Source: Candidatus Altimarinota bacterium (lineage in GTDB: Bacteria > Patescibacteriota > Gracilibacteria > UBA1369 > UM-FILTER-53-11). From it: 40,000 bases of DNA. Positions 17,125-29,405 of the stretch are shown piece by piece. A model generated the notes under the pieces. It made no database searches. It had not been told where the DNA came from and worked only from the letters and a program-made list of their open reading frames with translations. Position 1 is the first letter of the stretch; each line of letters starts with the position of its first letter. The stretch spans positions 12,217 through 52,216 of the forward strand of contig JAGOUV010000001.1 in NCBI GenBank assembly GCA_018061065.1. Reading direction: 5' to 3'. A program made the position numbers and the translations under genes.

Positions 17125-18237
17125 ATGAAAAAGGTAGTGGTCGCTATGTCGGGTGGAGTAGATTCGTCTGTTGCGGCAGCCCTTTTAAAGGAGCAGGGCT
17201 ATGAGTGTATCGGCGTGCATCTGCACTTCTGGACAGATCCAAAAGTCGACGAGCTTACTAAACATTTGCCGCAAAATAAATGTTGCACATTAGGTGGATT
17301 GGAGGATGCACGTTGGGTGGCGGGGAAGTTAGGTATGCCTTTTTATGTGTTAAATGTTGAGCAGCAGTTTAAGGATCATGTGGTGGATTATTTTTTAGAA
17401 ACCCATGCGCAGGGGCGCACGCCTAATCCGTGTGTTGAGTGCAACAATCATATTAAATTTGGATATTTATGGGATAAAGCGCGCGAGCTTGGAGCTGATT
17501 TTCTGGCTTCTGGCCACTATGCACAGGTACTTGAGGAAGAGGGGGTGAAAACATTGCATACGCCGGTGGATATGGAAAAAGATCAGACGTATTTTTTGTT
17601 TCGCACGAAACAGGCGGTCTTAGATCACGTACTTTTTCCGATGGGGAAATACAAAAAATCCGAAGTGTATGAAATAGCAAAAAAATACGGATTAATTCGC
17701 GTGACGGAAAAACCGGAAAGTCAGGGGCTTTGTTTCTTTTCTGAGGCTTCGCCAAAACATTTTTTGAAAAGGTATCTTGAGGCAAAACATTTTACTCATG
17801 GTTCGATTATCACCGTGGATGGACGTACCATTGGAGAGCATAAAGGGTTGCCTCTCTATACCGTAGGGCAGAGAAGTGGCTTGGGAATCGGAGGAATTAA
17901 GGGCGAGCCGGAAGGCGAGCCCTGGTATGTTGTTCGTTTAGATCCTGAGAAAAATGCACTTATTGTAGGTCGAGAAAAAGATATTTTAGAGTCGCGCATC
18001 GAGTGTGAAGAAGTGCGTTTTATTGGTGAACCTCCGTCTACTCCCATGGAAGTAGAGGTGCGCATACGTCATCGTGGCGAACGTATTCCGGCTACGCTTA
18101 CTGTTAATCAGGACAAAGCAGTTCTTATATGTAGGCATCCTGCGCGTGGAGTTTCTCCCGGTCAGGCTGCGGTATTTTATGTGGGAACAAAGCTGCTGGG
18201 AGGTGGTATAATTACGTTAAGTCGCATTGCGATTTAA
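17125..18237 (+). CDS. mnmA: tRNA-specific 2-thiouridylase MnmA
   Basis: The PP-loop VAMSGGVDSSVAA is present, with catalytic Cys contexts (NPCVECN, GLCF). Confidence 0.95.
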   Translation: MKKVVVAMSGGVDSSVAAALLKEQGYECIGVHLHFWTDPKVDELTKHLPQNKCCTLGGLEDARWVAGKLGMPFYVLNVEQQFKDHVVDYFLETHAQGRTPNPCVECNNHIKFGYLWDKARELGADFLASGHYAQVLEEEGVKTLHTPVDMEKDQTYFLFRTKQAVLDHVLFPMGKYKKSEVYEIAKKYGLIRVTEKPESQGLCFFSEASPKHFLKRYLEAKHFTHGSIITVDGRTIGEHKGLPLYTVGQRSGLGIGGIKGEPEGEPWYVVRLDPEKNALIVGREKDILESRIECEEVRFIGEPPSTPMEVEVRIRHRGERIPATLTVNQDKAVLICRHPARGVSPGQAAVFYVGTKLLGGGIITLSRIAI

Positions 18238-18256
18238 GCAGTGTAGCCCTCCTCTT

Positions 18257-19147
18257 ATGGCTGAGAAAAAAGAAATATTCACACTTCATATTGATGCCTT
18301 ACCCTCAGTTGCTAAGCCTGCAAAAATTCAGGCACAGCAGGTTCATCGTAAGAAATCACTTAATGTAGAACTTCCCGCACCTGTTCTGCCAGCACCTCAA
18401 GCACAAGCCGTAAAGTCCCGTTCGCTCATAGGTAAAATATGGGAAAAAGTTGAGTTTATCTTTGTATCTGGAGCGGTTTTCTTAGTAATTTATGTGATTC
18501 TCAACTGGCAGGCATTGGCACTTAACGCCGAGCATTATTGGGACGTTTGGCGTGGAGTGAAAAGTCCGCTTGAGCACTTGGTGGCAGATACAGAAAATGT
18601 TCCTGAGCGTCTTACACCGACGGTAACTGCATCAGCAAATGGTATTGCCGATGAGTACACCATTCCGCCTCTTGAAATTGAAGTCTATCCTACCGACATG
18701 CGCGTTGTGATTCCACGAATTAATCAAAATGTTCCGGTAGTTGGAGTGAAAAATGAAAACCTTATTGCACGACGCTGGGAAGAATTGGAAAAAGATATTC
18801 AAGGTGCTCTACGCAGCGGTGTGGTGCATTATCCAGGAACCTCATTGCCGGGTGATCGTGGGAATGTGGTAATTACCGGTCACTCATCATACTATGCATG
18901 GGATCCTGGTCGCTTTAAAGATGTGTTTGCGTTGCTGCATGACGTTCAGGTAAAAGACCGTGTGGTGGTCTATTTCAATCAGAAGAAGTTTATTTACGAG
19001 GTCGATAAAAAAGAAGTCGTACTTCCAAAAGATGTCGATGTCTTGAGTGCTACCAATCACGAGCAGCTCACGCTGATCACCTGTACACCTATTGGGACAA
19101 ACTTAAAACGCCTTGTGGTGACCGCGCACTTAGTCGAGCAAAGTTGA
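18257..19147 (+). CDS. Sortase-family transpeptidase with an N-terminal membrane anchor
   Basis: VVITGHSSY (His) ... LTLITCTP (catalytic Cys, TLxTC) ... R near the C terminus, with a TM helix FIFVSGAVFLVIYVIL. I prefer the ATG at 18257 over the TTG at 18227 used by the ORF track. Confidence 0.85.
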   Translation: MAEKKEIFTLHIDALPSVAKPAKIQAQQVHRKKSLNVELPAPVLPAPQAQAVKSRSLIGKIWEKVEFIFVSGAVFLVIYVILNWQALALNAEHYWDVWRGVKSPLEHLVADTENVPERLTPTVTASANGIADEYTIPPLEIEVYPTDMRVVIPRINQNVPVVGVKNENLIARRWEELEKDIQGALRSGVVHYPGTSLPGDRGNVVITGHSSYYAWDPGRFKDVFALLHDVQVKDRVVVYFNQKKFIYEVDKKEVVLPKDVDVLSATNHEQLTLITCTPIGTNLKRLVVTAHLVEQS

Positions 19148-19154
19148 AAACGTT

Positions 19155-19664
19155 CTATAAATTATTCAACTGACTGAGCAAATTCTCCTGCGCTGCAGCT
19201 TCTTGCTCCTTTGTGGTGGCCTCTTCCACGCGGATTTTTTCCCGCTCTTCTTTGTGCTCAAACTCTTTCCATTCCTCAACATGTTTCTGATTAATCTGCT
19301 CAACATTCTGATTATATTGTTTATCGAGTGTCGCCAGCTGCTGCTTCTCATTGTTCAAAATTTCACGCAACTTTTGTACCTGATCATCCGTCATAATCGG
19401 CAAAATCTGAAACCAGTAGCGGCGTTCATCGTCGTTCATTGACTCTGTCTGCAAAATCAACGGCACTAATTCACCAAATTTCTCCTTAACTGTGTCAGGA
19501 ATATTATATTTTTCAAAGAGTGACTGATTTGCGTCATCGCTTGTTGTAGTCGCAGTTGTCGTCTGTGTTGTTGCGGCTGTTGCAGCTTGGGTTATTTGAT
19601 TGAGATCAAATCCGCCTTGAGCTGAAGTACCGGTAGGGGTCTGATTGTTTGTTGTGTCAGCCAT
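19155..19664 (-). CDS. Hypothetical protein: Thr/Gln-rich N terminus plus a conserved helical domain (family copy A)
   Basis: This 169-aa protein is the last gene of the five-gene operon. Residues ~64-135 align without gaps to the C-terminal domain of ORF 32524..33252 (see findings). Confidence 0.7.
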   Translation of the reverse strand: MADTTNNQTPTGTSAQGGFDLNQITQAATAATTQTTTATTTSDDANQSLFEKYNIPDTVKEKFGELVPLILQTESMNDDERRYWFQILPIMTDDQVQKLREILNNEKQQLATLDKQYNQNVEQINQKHVEEWKEFEHKEEREKIRVEEATTKEQEAAAQENLLSQLNNL

Positions 19665-19684
19665 ATGTATCGAGTTATTATACC

Positions 19685-21160
19685 TTATTTTGCAGCCTTT
19701 TGTCCATCTTCAGCAGGTGCTTCTGGTGCAGTAGGGGTGGCAGGTGTCTCGGGAGTCTCAGGGGGAGCCGTGATTACACTTGTGCCCTTATATTTAAAGT
19801 CCACGCCAATATCTTTTGGTGAGAGGAGAGCCAATACCGTCTGATCTTTTCCGTTGGCTACCTTGGTCATTCTGAGCGATAATTTCGTCTTAAATTTATC
19901 GATTCGATCAGCAGGAACATTACTAAAACCCTTAATTTTATTTAATTCATCTGGCTTGCCGAGCAGTGCAAGTACGTCACTGGCTTTTTTATCTGCAAAG
20001 TTACTCGCAAACTTTTTAGGAATGCCCGCATCTTTAAAACGCTGTTCAACATTGAGCATGAGTTTTGCCTCTTCTACACCACTTTTTGCGAGCATATCGG
20101 TGGATACAAAGAATGAAGCGAGTGATTTACCAATCCACGGAATTTTATACAGTGCCATTCCAATACTGGTCATAATCGCTACTATTTTAGGAGCGTAAGC
20201 AGCAAATTTTCCGTCGAATGATGTCTTGAGAAATGATTCAGCCTGTCCGCTTAGAGAAGGATCTTCATTTAGTATCGCATCTTCAGCCTGATCTTCGGCG
20301 GTTTGTGTCGCACCCAGCTCTTTCAATGCTTCCTCAGCTTTTGTTTTTGCCGCCTCAACGGGTGCTTTTTTGGCTTCACTGCCATCATATTCTCCGACTG
20401 CTTTTTTGAGCTCGGCAATGGCATCAACCGTGGCTGCTTTCTCACCGCCTTCATTTGCATTCATATCAGTCTCAAATTTTGCAATATTAATGCCATTTAC
20501 ATAGGCAATGGCATCTTTGAGTCCATCGATTTCGCGTTGTGCCGCATCCACTTTTGTTTGGTCACCATTTGCTGCATCTAACTGTGACTTTAATCCATCA
20601 AGTTTCGTTTTAAGTGTCGTTGCGTTTGGCTCCAGCCCTGAGAGTGTTCCCTCAATACCTTGTTTTTGTGTGGTAGCCGCCTTGCCCACTGCAGCGCGCT
20701 GCTCGCGTTCAGCTTTCCACGCATCAAACCCTGTTTTATTTGCGGACTCAAACCATTGTTCAAAGTTTGCAATAGGTTGGGTTTTGAATTCGGCTACGGC
20801 TGCTTGTGCTCTAGGAAGATCTACTTTCTTACCCCAACCCGGATCTTTCGCATCGGCAATCTCAATTAATTTTGTCTTCACTGCATCCATCCATAAACGA
20901 CGCTGAATATCTGGTGCATCATGCGGAATGCTACTGATTGTATTCTTAAATGCCATCACCAGTTCAGCAACCGGTGGTGAAGATTGATCCTTATCTTCTA
21001 AATCAATCTTTTCAACTAATCCTTTATAAAAGGCAGTGGCAAATTGGTCTAGCTGTGCCTGGGTTTGCCCCGTAATATCAGCACGCGCACCCTCTGGAGC
21101 CGCTGGTTTTTCCGGTACGACGGGTTTAGGTGCTTCTGGTGGTGTCTGTGGATCAGCCAT
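19685..21160 (-). CDS. Hypothetical coiled-coil protein with Pro-rich termini and one internal hydrophobic segment
   Basis: The 491-aa protein has the N terminus MADPQTPPEAPKPVVPEKPAAPE and a C terminus rich in PETPETPATPTAPEAP. It has long Ala/Lys/Glu-rich helices and a hydrophobic stretch IVAIMTSIGMALYKIPWIGKSLASFFV. No signal peptide is present. Confidence 0.7.
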   Translation of the reverse strand: MADPQTPPEAPKPVVPEKPAAPEGARADITGQTQAQLDQFATAFYKGLVEKIDLEDKDQSSPPVAELVMAFKNTISSIPHDAPDIQRRLWMDAVKTKLIEIADAKDPGWGKKVDLPRAQAAVAEFKTQPIANFEQWFESANKTGFDAWKAEREQRAAVGKAATTQKQGIEGTLSGLEPNATTLKTKLDGLKSQLDAANGDQTKVDAAQREIDGLKDAIAYVNGINIAKFETDMNANEGGEKAATVDAIAELKKAVGEYDGSEAKKAPVEAAKTKAEEALKELGATQTAEDQAEDAILNEDPSLSGQAESFLKTSFDGKFAAYAPKIVAIMTSIGMALYKIPWIGKSLASFFVSTDMLAKSGVEEAKLMLNVEQRFKDAGIPKKFASNFADKKASDVLALLGKPDELNKIKGFSNVPADRIDKFKTKLSLRMTKVANGKDQTVLALLSPKDIGVDFKYKGTSVITAPPETPETPATPTAPEAPAEDGQKAAK

Positions 21161-21184
21161 AAAAGTGCTGTTTAAAAGATTTGT

Positions 21185-22093
21185 TTATGCCTTTTTTTCA
21201 GGCTCAGCTTTAGCGGGTGGTGGAGGGGTTTTATCTTTATTTTCAAATCCAGTTATATAAGGCGCGGGATCGATTGCTTTTCCATTATCCATAATACTAA
21301 TCTGCAATGTCTCATTAGCTTTCATATTTCCTACAGTTCCTCCAGGAGCTACTGAGCCAGCTACAAGTCCCTTAGTGTCTACATTTGAATAATGAATGAC
21401 TTTTCCTTCTAATGGTCCATCACTTACCTTTAGATCAAATTCATTAGCTTTGATGTTCTCTATAGTGCCTTTTTCCATGGCGAGAATCGAGGTATCTGCC
21501 ACGACCTTCATACTCAGTACATTGTTTGTGATAACTTTTTCTGGAGGGAATACCTTGAGTTCAGCTCCAAAAGGTGACGAGGTAAAGCCAGGGGCGTTTT
21601 TGCTTTTATCTGCGGCATCTTTACTCTTACTAATGCCAATTTTATCGGTAAATTTCTCAACTAGTTTCACCATTGCATTCATGAGATCTTCAAATAGTTT
21701 TCCCACTTTCTTGAAGAACTCATCTGCGTTACTTGCGCCTGCTGCGGCAAGCGTAGCATTTGCTCCTTGTTCGAGGGGGGTGGTGCCTGTTCCTTCTGGA
21801 GTAGTGGTAGCAGGAGCCGTAGGATTAGCAGGTGGTGCGGACAATGCAGTTTCGGCGGTCTTTTTTAATGCTTCTGCCTTAGCATTATCACCTTGTTCTG
21901 CTGCTTTTAGGGCCGCTTCTACTGCTTGTTTTGCTGCCTCTGGTTTATCAGCGGGAACGGGAGTTTCGGGTCCGACCGGAGCTGCGGTTGGTGCAACGGG
22001 TGCTGTTGGCGCAGCTGCAGGCGCATTCGGCGCCATCCAGACAAAGCGATTTTCTGGTGGTACAGCGGTGGTGATGCAATAAAATAATTTCAT
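21185..22093 (-). CDS. Degenerate LytM/M23-like domain protein (zinc ligands missing) with a Pro/Ala-rich N-terminal half
   Basis: The C-terminal ~110 aa follow the M23 template (SSPFG..., VIHYSNV, GGTVGNM, LQISIMDNGKAIDPAPYI). HxxxD and HxH are replaced by LSMKV and LQISI. The start could be 22093 or the internal ATG at 22036. Confidence 0.6.
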   Translation of the reverse strand: MKLFYCITTAVPPENRFVWMAPNAPAAAPTAPVAPTAAPVGPETPVPADKPEAAKQAVEAALKAAEQGDNAKAEALKKTAETALSAPPANPTAPATTTPEGTGTTPLEQGANATLAAAGASNADEFFKKVGKLFEDLMNAMVKLVEKFTDKIGISKSKDAADKSKNAPGFTSSPFGAELKVFPPEKVITNNVLSMKVVADTSILAMEKGTIENIKANEFDLKVSDGPLEGKVIHYSNVDTKGLVAGSVAPGGTVGNMKANETLQISIMDNGKAIDPAPYITGFENKDKTPPPPAKAEPEKKA

Positions 22094-22096
22094 AAA

Positions 22097-23383
22097 TTAA
22101 CTGTTGTTCGATAAGTCAGCAAAATGGAGTGCAACTTCCGCTACTTGTTTTGCGTAATCTGCACGTTTATCGCAGCCATAATATCCGGGTTTGATTTCTT
22201 CGCGCTGCCAGTATCTCATCTTTTTGAAATTTTCTGGCGACTTATTATCCATCCAGTTTGCGTAGAGGACATAACCAAGTGCTCCCATGTTGTGGGTAAT
22301 ATAAATTTTTTCAACATCACTTGCGTCATTTATTTTCCACTTATCGTTTACACGTTTGTTTACATACGCCATTGATTCCCGAATATTCCAAGCAGTAAAC
22401 ATAATTGCATCACGCGCATTGTGCGGATCAAAATTCGGATCCTGGTGTTTTTGATAGCTTTCACGCGTAGTTTTAATAACCTGAGCATACCCAGCGGCAC
22501 CTGATGATTCATTGACGATAAGCGCATTCCAGCGTGATTCTTTTGAGATAATCGCCACAAGTGTTTCTACCGGAACACCATATTTTGCTGATGCTTCAGG
22601 AAGTGCTTTTTCGATAACCGGCTGGTCTTTCCAGCTGGCGATACCTTCTCGCACACCATCCACAAATTTTTTGTAGAGCTTTGGATTTTTATTCATGCCA
22701 CATTCCTGTGCCTTTTGACGAATGAACTCATCGGTAACTTCACCGCGTTCTTGAGCGGCAGACAGTTCGTTGATAATGCTGCTGGGAACACTCTGTCCAA
22801 CTGCAATACGGAGCTGTCCGGGGAGGTCTTTTGTGTTTATTTTTTTGTACGCACGCAGTGCAGTGTATCGTTCCTGTTGAGATAACTGTCGATCGAGTTT
22901 ATGGGGTTGCCAAGGGGCTTTTCGCATCTTTGAAGTTGCTTCCACTTCTTCAGCTTCTTCAGTAGTGAGGGGTCTCTCTTCGCGTGGGGTGTCCAGTGTT
23001 GCGCGTACATCGTCTGCGGTCGCTCCGTAGGGAGCGAGCAGGTTAAGTAATTTTTCAAATATTTTTTCAACCGCTTCACCTAATTTGCTAAAGGTATCGG
23101 CGAGTTTTCGGGTTGTGTCACAGAGGGTATTGGGATCTGTTTCCAACTTTTCAGCTTCCACTTTTACTCCTGTTGTTTTTGATATTTCATGTGCCTTTTT
23201 GGCCTGTACATCACGAATAATGCCCTTTAATTTTGGTCCGACCGGCTCTGCGGGGACTTTTTCATAAGGTTCTTTTGGTTTCTCTGCGGCTACCACCGGT
23301 TGGGCAGTGGTCGTCTCAGCACCGCGGTAGCACCAGCGTTGAGTTGAGAGAGTTGCTCGGAAATAGTGAGAAAATAATTGCAT
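22097..23383 (-). CDS. Lytic transglycosylase (SLT) domain protein
   Basis: The C-terminal third carries SLT motifs: catalytic E-S (ISKESRWN), GAAGYAQV (G-x-x-Q) and THNMGALGY (the AYNAG position). No signal peptide is present. The start lies 1 nt after the upstream stop. Confidence 0.7.
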   Translation of the reverse strand: MQLFSHYFRATLSTQRWCYRGAETTTAQPVVAAEKPKEPYEKVPAEPVGPKLKGIIRDVQAKKAHEISKTTGVKVEAEKLETDPNTLCDTTRKLADTFSKLGEAVEKIFEKLLNLLAPYGATADDVRATLDTPREERPLTTEEAEEVEATSKMRKAPWQPHKLDRQLSQQERYTALRAYKKINTKDLPGQLRIAVGQSVPSSIINELSAAQERGEVTDEFIRQKAQECGMNKNPKLYKKFVDGVREGIASWKDQPVIEKALPEASAKYGVPVETLVAIISKESRWNALIVNESSGAAGYAQVIKTTRESYQKHQDPNFDPHNARDAIMFTAWNIRESMAYVNKRVNDKWKINDASDVEKIYITHNMGALGYVLYANWMDNKSPENFKKMRYWQREEIKPGYYGCDKRADYAKQVAEVALHFADLSNNS

Positions 23384-23384
23384 G

Positions 23385-23774
23385 TTAGATGACGTATACG
23401 TCGCCTGAAATTTCTTCCAAGCTTTCTTTTGTTAAACGCACTGAGTGAACCAAATTTTCAATCTGAAATGTGGGCTGTTTGTAGTACGTCCATAAGTCGT
23501 AGATCGTACGCAGCGTAGAGCAGAGATTAAACGCATCTAGATCTACTTTTCCCTGTTGTAGCTCATTCAGTTTTTCATAGATGGGCATGTTGATGAGCGA
23601 GCTGGGCATAAGTAAGTTAATTTCCTTGGCTTCTACCTTAGCGACTACCATATTCAAAAACGCCTCATCTTCCTGAGAAATCCCCTGTGGATTCACAACC
23701 GGAGTGTTAAGCATTTTTTGCGTCTCCGGATCGATATCCGATAAACCTGTAGTTGGTGTTTGTTTTGGTTCCAT
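23385..23774 (-). CDS. Hypothetical protein (129 aa), first gene of the five-gene operon
   Basis: The ORF is tightly packed against the next gene. I recognise no family. The C terminus reads TKESLEEISGDVYVI. Confidence 0.55.
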   Translation of the reverse strand: MEPKQTPTTGLSDIDPETQKMLNTPVVNPQGISQEDEAFLNMVVAKVEAKEINLLMPSSLINMPIYEKLNELQQGKVDLDAFNLCSTLRTIYDLWTYYKQPTFQIENLVHSVRLTKESLEEISGDVYVI

Positions 23775-23778
23775 TTAA

Positions 23779-27483
<3,705 letters not shown>

Positions 27484-27544
27484 TGTGGGGCTACGATAGC
27501 ACGAAATAACTAAGGAGTCAGCAGTAACCTCTTGACCGCTCCTG

Positions 27545-27991
27545 TTAGGCTGCTGCGTTTTTCTCAAATCCACTATGTGCTTTAGCTGAAGCCTTTGTTC
27601 CTTCCGTAACCGTGTTTTGCGCCACGAGTGCTGCGGCTTCCTGGGCAAGTGCTTTGGATGCCTCTTTGGGGCCCGTGGTAGGGATTTCTTTATTTTGTGA
27701 TACCGCTATTCCTTCAACGGGGAATCCTTTAGCTCCTAACTCTTGAACACCATTTTTGACGAGTGCGAGCATTTGATCTCCTGCTTTGTGCATAGTGTCA
27801 TTAAAATCTTTGAGTGCAGCCTGAAGTTGAGGAGTTTTTTCAGGAGGAGTATGCGCAACAATATCAGCCGTATTGAGTGCTTCGGCTGCAGCTGGAGGAA
27901 GCGCATCGGATTGCTCTGGTGGCTTTATTTGATTATTTGTCTCCACGCCGTTTGGCGCTGGTACATCTGGTTGTTTTGCTACTTCTGTCAT
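27545..27991 (-). CDS. Hypothetical Pro/Ala-rich protein (148 aa)
   Basis: The ORF sits 2 nt downstream of the 81-aa gene. It has no signal peptide, and its composition resembles the low-complexity proteins of the 19-23 kb operon. Confidence 0.5.
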   Translation of the reverse strand: MTEVAKQPDVPAPNGVETNNQIKPPEQSDALPPAAAEALNTADIVAHTPPEKTPQLQAALKDFNDTMHKAGDQMLALVKNGVQELGAKGFPVEGIAVSQNKEIPTTGPKEASKALAQEAAALVAQNTVTEGTKASAKAHSGFEKNAAA

Positions 27992-27993
27992 AA

Positions 27994-28239
27994 TTATGCG
28001 TTAACAACAATACTTGCTAAATGATTTTTTAGCTCCTGCCATGCGTGTGTTTCAAGTGCTCTAATGCGCTGAACCTCGGTTGCCTCTTTTTCAAAAAATA
28101 CTTTTAAATCCAGCAACTGTGCTTCGGTTGTATTATCCAATCTCACGAGCATTTTTTTCTTATCCTCAAAAGACAAGATCTGCGAGGACAAAATGAGCCC
28201 TTCAACTTCCCTCAATAATGGTGCATTTGCGTTTGGCAT
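27994..28239 (-). CDS. Small helical protein (81 aa), probable divergent copy C of the conserved helical domain
   Basis: LILSSQILSFEDKKKMLVRLDNTTEAQLLDLKVFFEKE aligns without gaps to the core of copies A and B. Confidence 0.5.
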   Translation of the reverse strand: MPNANAPLLREVEGLILSSQILSFEDKKKMLVRLDNTTEAQLLDLKVFFEKEATEVQRIRALETHAWQELKNHLASIVVNA

Positions 28240-28262
28240 ACTTCAGATAAGTATACCATTTT

Positions 28263-29387
28263 TTACTTATTTTGGGAATACGTCTCTGCAACGAGCTCTT
28301 CTATGGCTGTGCGGAAGTTGGCAGTGCTGAATTTTTGGGCATGTTCATGCATTTTCAGCGGATTGTAGGTTGTCTGAAGCAGTTTTTCTAATCCTTCTTT
28401 CATGGATTCAACCGTTTGTTCCTTAAAAAATTCTCCCGTCACTCCCGCTATCACCGACTCACTCACTCCACCTTCTTGGTACGCGAGCACTGGTTTTCCA
28501 CATGCCATAGCTTCTACCGGCGTTATGCCAAAATCTTCTTCACCAGGGAATATCAACGCTTTGCAGCGCATCATATAATCGCGGACGACGTCATCGGGCT
28601 GCCAACCCAGAAATGTAATATTTGAATTTGCCTTATTCATAAGGCTTGCGCGATGAGCCCCCTCACCAATAACAACGAGTTTTTTTTCTGTCGTATTGAA
28701 AAAATCCACCGCAAGATCAACTTTTTTATAAGGCGAAAGCGTTGAGACAATTAAATAAAAATCTTCATGCGTGGTGGACGGAGAAAAGCGCTCGATATCA
28801 ACGGGAGGATAGACAACGCGTGATTCTTGGCGATAGTATTTTTTGATTCGTTTTTGTACATGATGAGAATTCGCGATAAGCATATCTGCTCTGTCCGATG
28901 CGGTAAAATCCCATATGCGTAATCCGTGCATTATTTTTTCAACCGCCATTTTTTTGAGACCTTTTAGATGTTGCTCGTGTTTATATTCATGCGTCCAATC
29001 CCAGAGATAGCGGACGGGGGAGTGCATATAACAAATATGTTTGGTGTGCGGACTGGTGATAATGCCGTGTGCAAATGCCGTGCTCGATGAGATAACGAGA
29101 TCGAATTCTGAAAAATCAAAATCTTCTATATACCGTGGCAAGAGGGGAAGTAGATAGCGATAGCGTTTTTTTATAAAATTAGGGAGGCGCTGAAGTCCTG
29201 AGGTAACAATACGTTTTTCAGGAAAAATACTGCCCGTTTTTTCTGCATCATAAAGGAGCGTATAAATGGGCGCCTCGGGAAACATCTCTGCCAATACGTT
29301 TAAAACACGCTCGGCGCCGCCCAGTCGCAGGAGATAATCATGCACTAATGCAACGCGTAGACCTTTCGTGGACAGGCTTTCTTTCAC
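28263..29387 (-). CDS. GT4-family (GT-B fold) glycosyltransferase
   Basis: The C-terminal motif FPGEEDFGITPVEAMACGKPVLA (E-x7-E) is present, and the 374-aa length is typical. Confidence 0.85.
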   Translation of the reverse strand: MKESLSTKGLRVALVHDYLLRLGGAERVLNVLAEMFPEAPIYTLLYDAEKTGSIFPEKRIVTSGLQRLPNFIKKRYRYLLPLLPRYIEDFDFSEFDLVISSSTAFAHGIITSPHTKHICYMHSPVRYLWDWTHEYKHEQHLKGLKKMAVEKIMHGLRIWDFTASDRADMLIANSHHVQKRIKKYYRQESRVVYPPVDIERFSPSTTHEDFYLIVSTLSPYKKVDLAVDFFNTTEKKLVVIGEGAHRASLMNKANSNITFLGWQPDDVVRDYMMRCKALIFPGEEDFGITPVEAMACGKPVLAYQEGGVSESVIAGVTGEFFKEQTVESMKEGLEKLLQTTYNPLKMHEHAQKFSTANFRTAIEELVAETYSQNK

Positions 29388-29405
29388 CAGCCCACCCTAG
29401 CCGAT

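Noticed and set aside
21396-22082. A long + strand ORF (228 aa) antisense to the dLytM-like gene. Similar + strand ORFs occur at 19854..20198, 20303..20581, 20508..20906 and 21036..21260.
   Set aside because: These are shadow ORFs of Ala/Pro/Thr-rich genes on the minus strand. Their products are low-complexity Ser/Ala/Phe/Cys strings with no motifs, whereas the minus-strand genes carry recognisable domains and tight operon spacing.
19155-23774. A prophage or conjugative-element origin for the SLT + M23-like + coiled-coil (tape-measure-like) gene set.
   Set aside because: No terminase, portal, capsid, integrase, relaxase, coupling ATPase or att-like repeats occur in the window. The operon is flanked directly by ligA and by mnmA/sortase. 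This cannot be fully excluded without wider context.
27484-27648. A 55-codon N-terminal extension of dnaX in the track ORF.
   Set aside because: The extension is highly basic and non-conserved-looking, and it overlaps the 148-aa upstream ORF. The canonical DnaX N terminus MSLYGKYRPQNF starts at the ATG at 27483.
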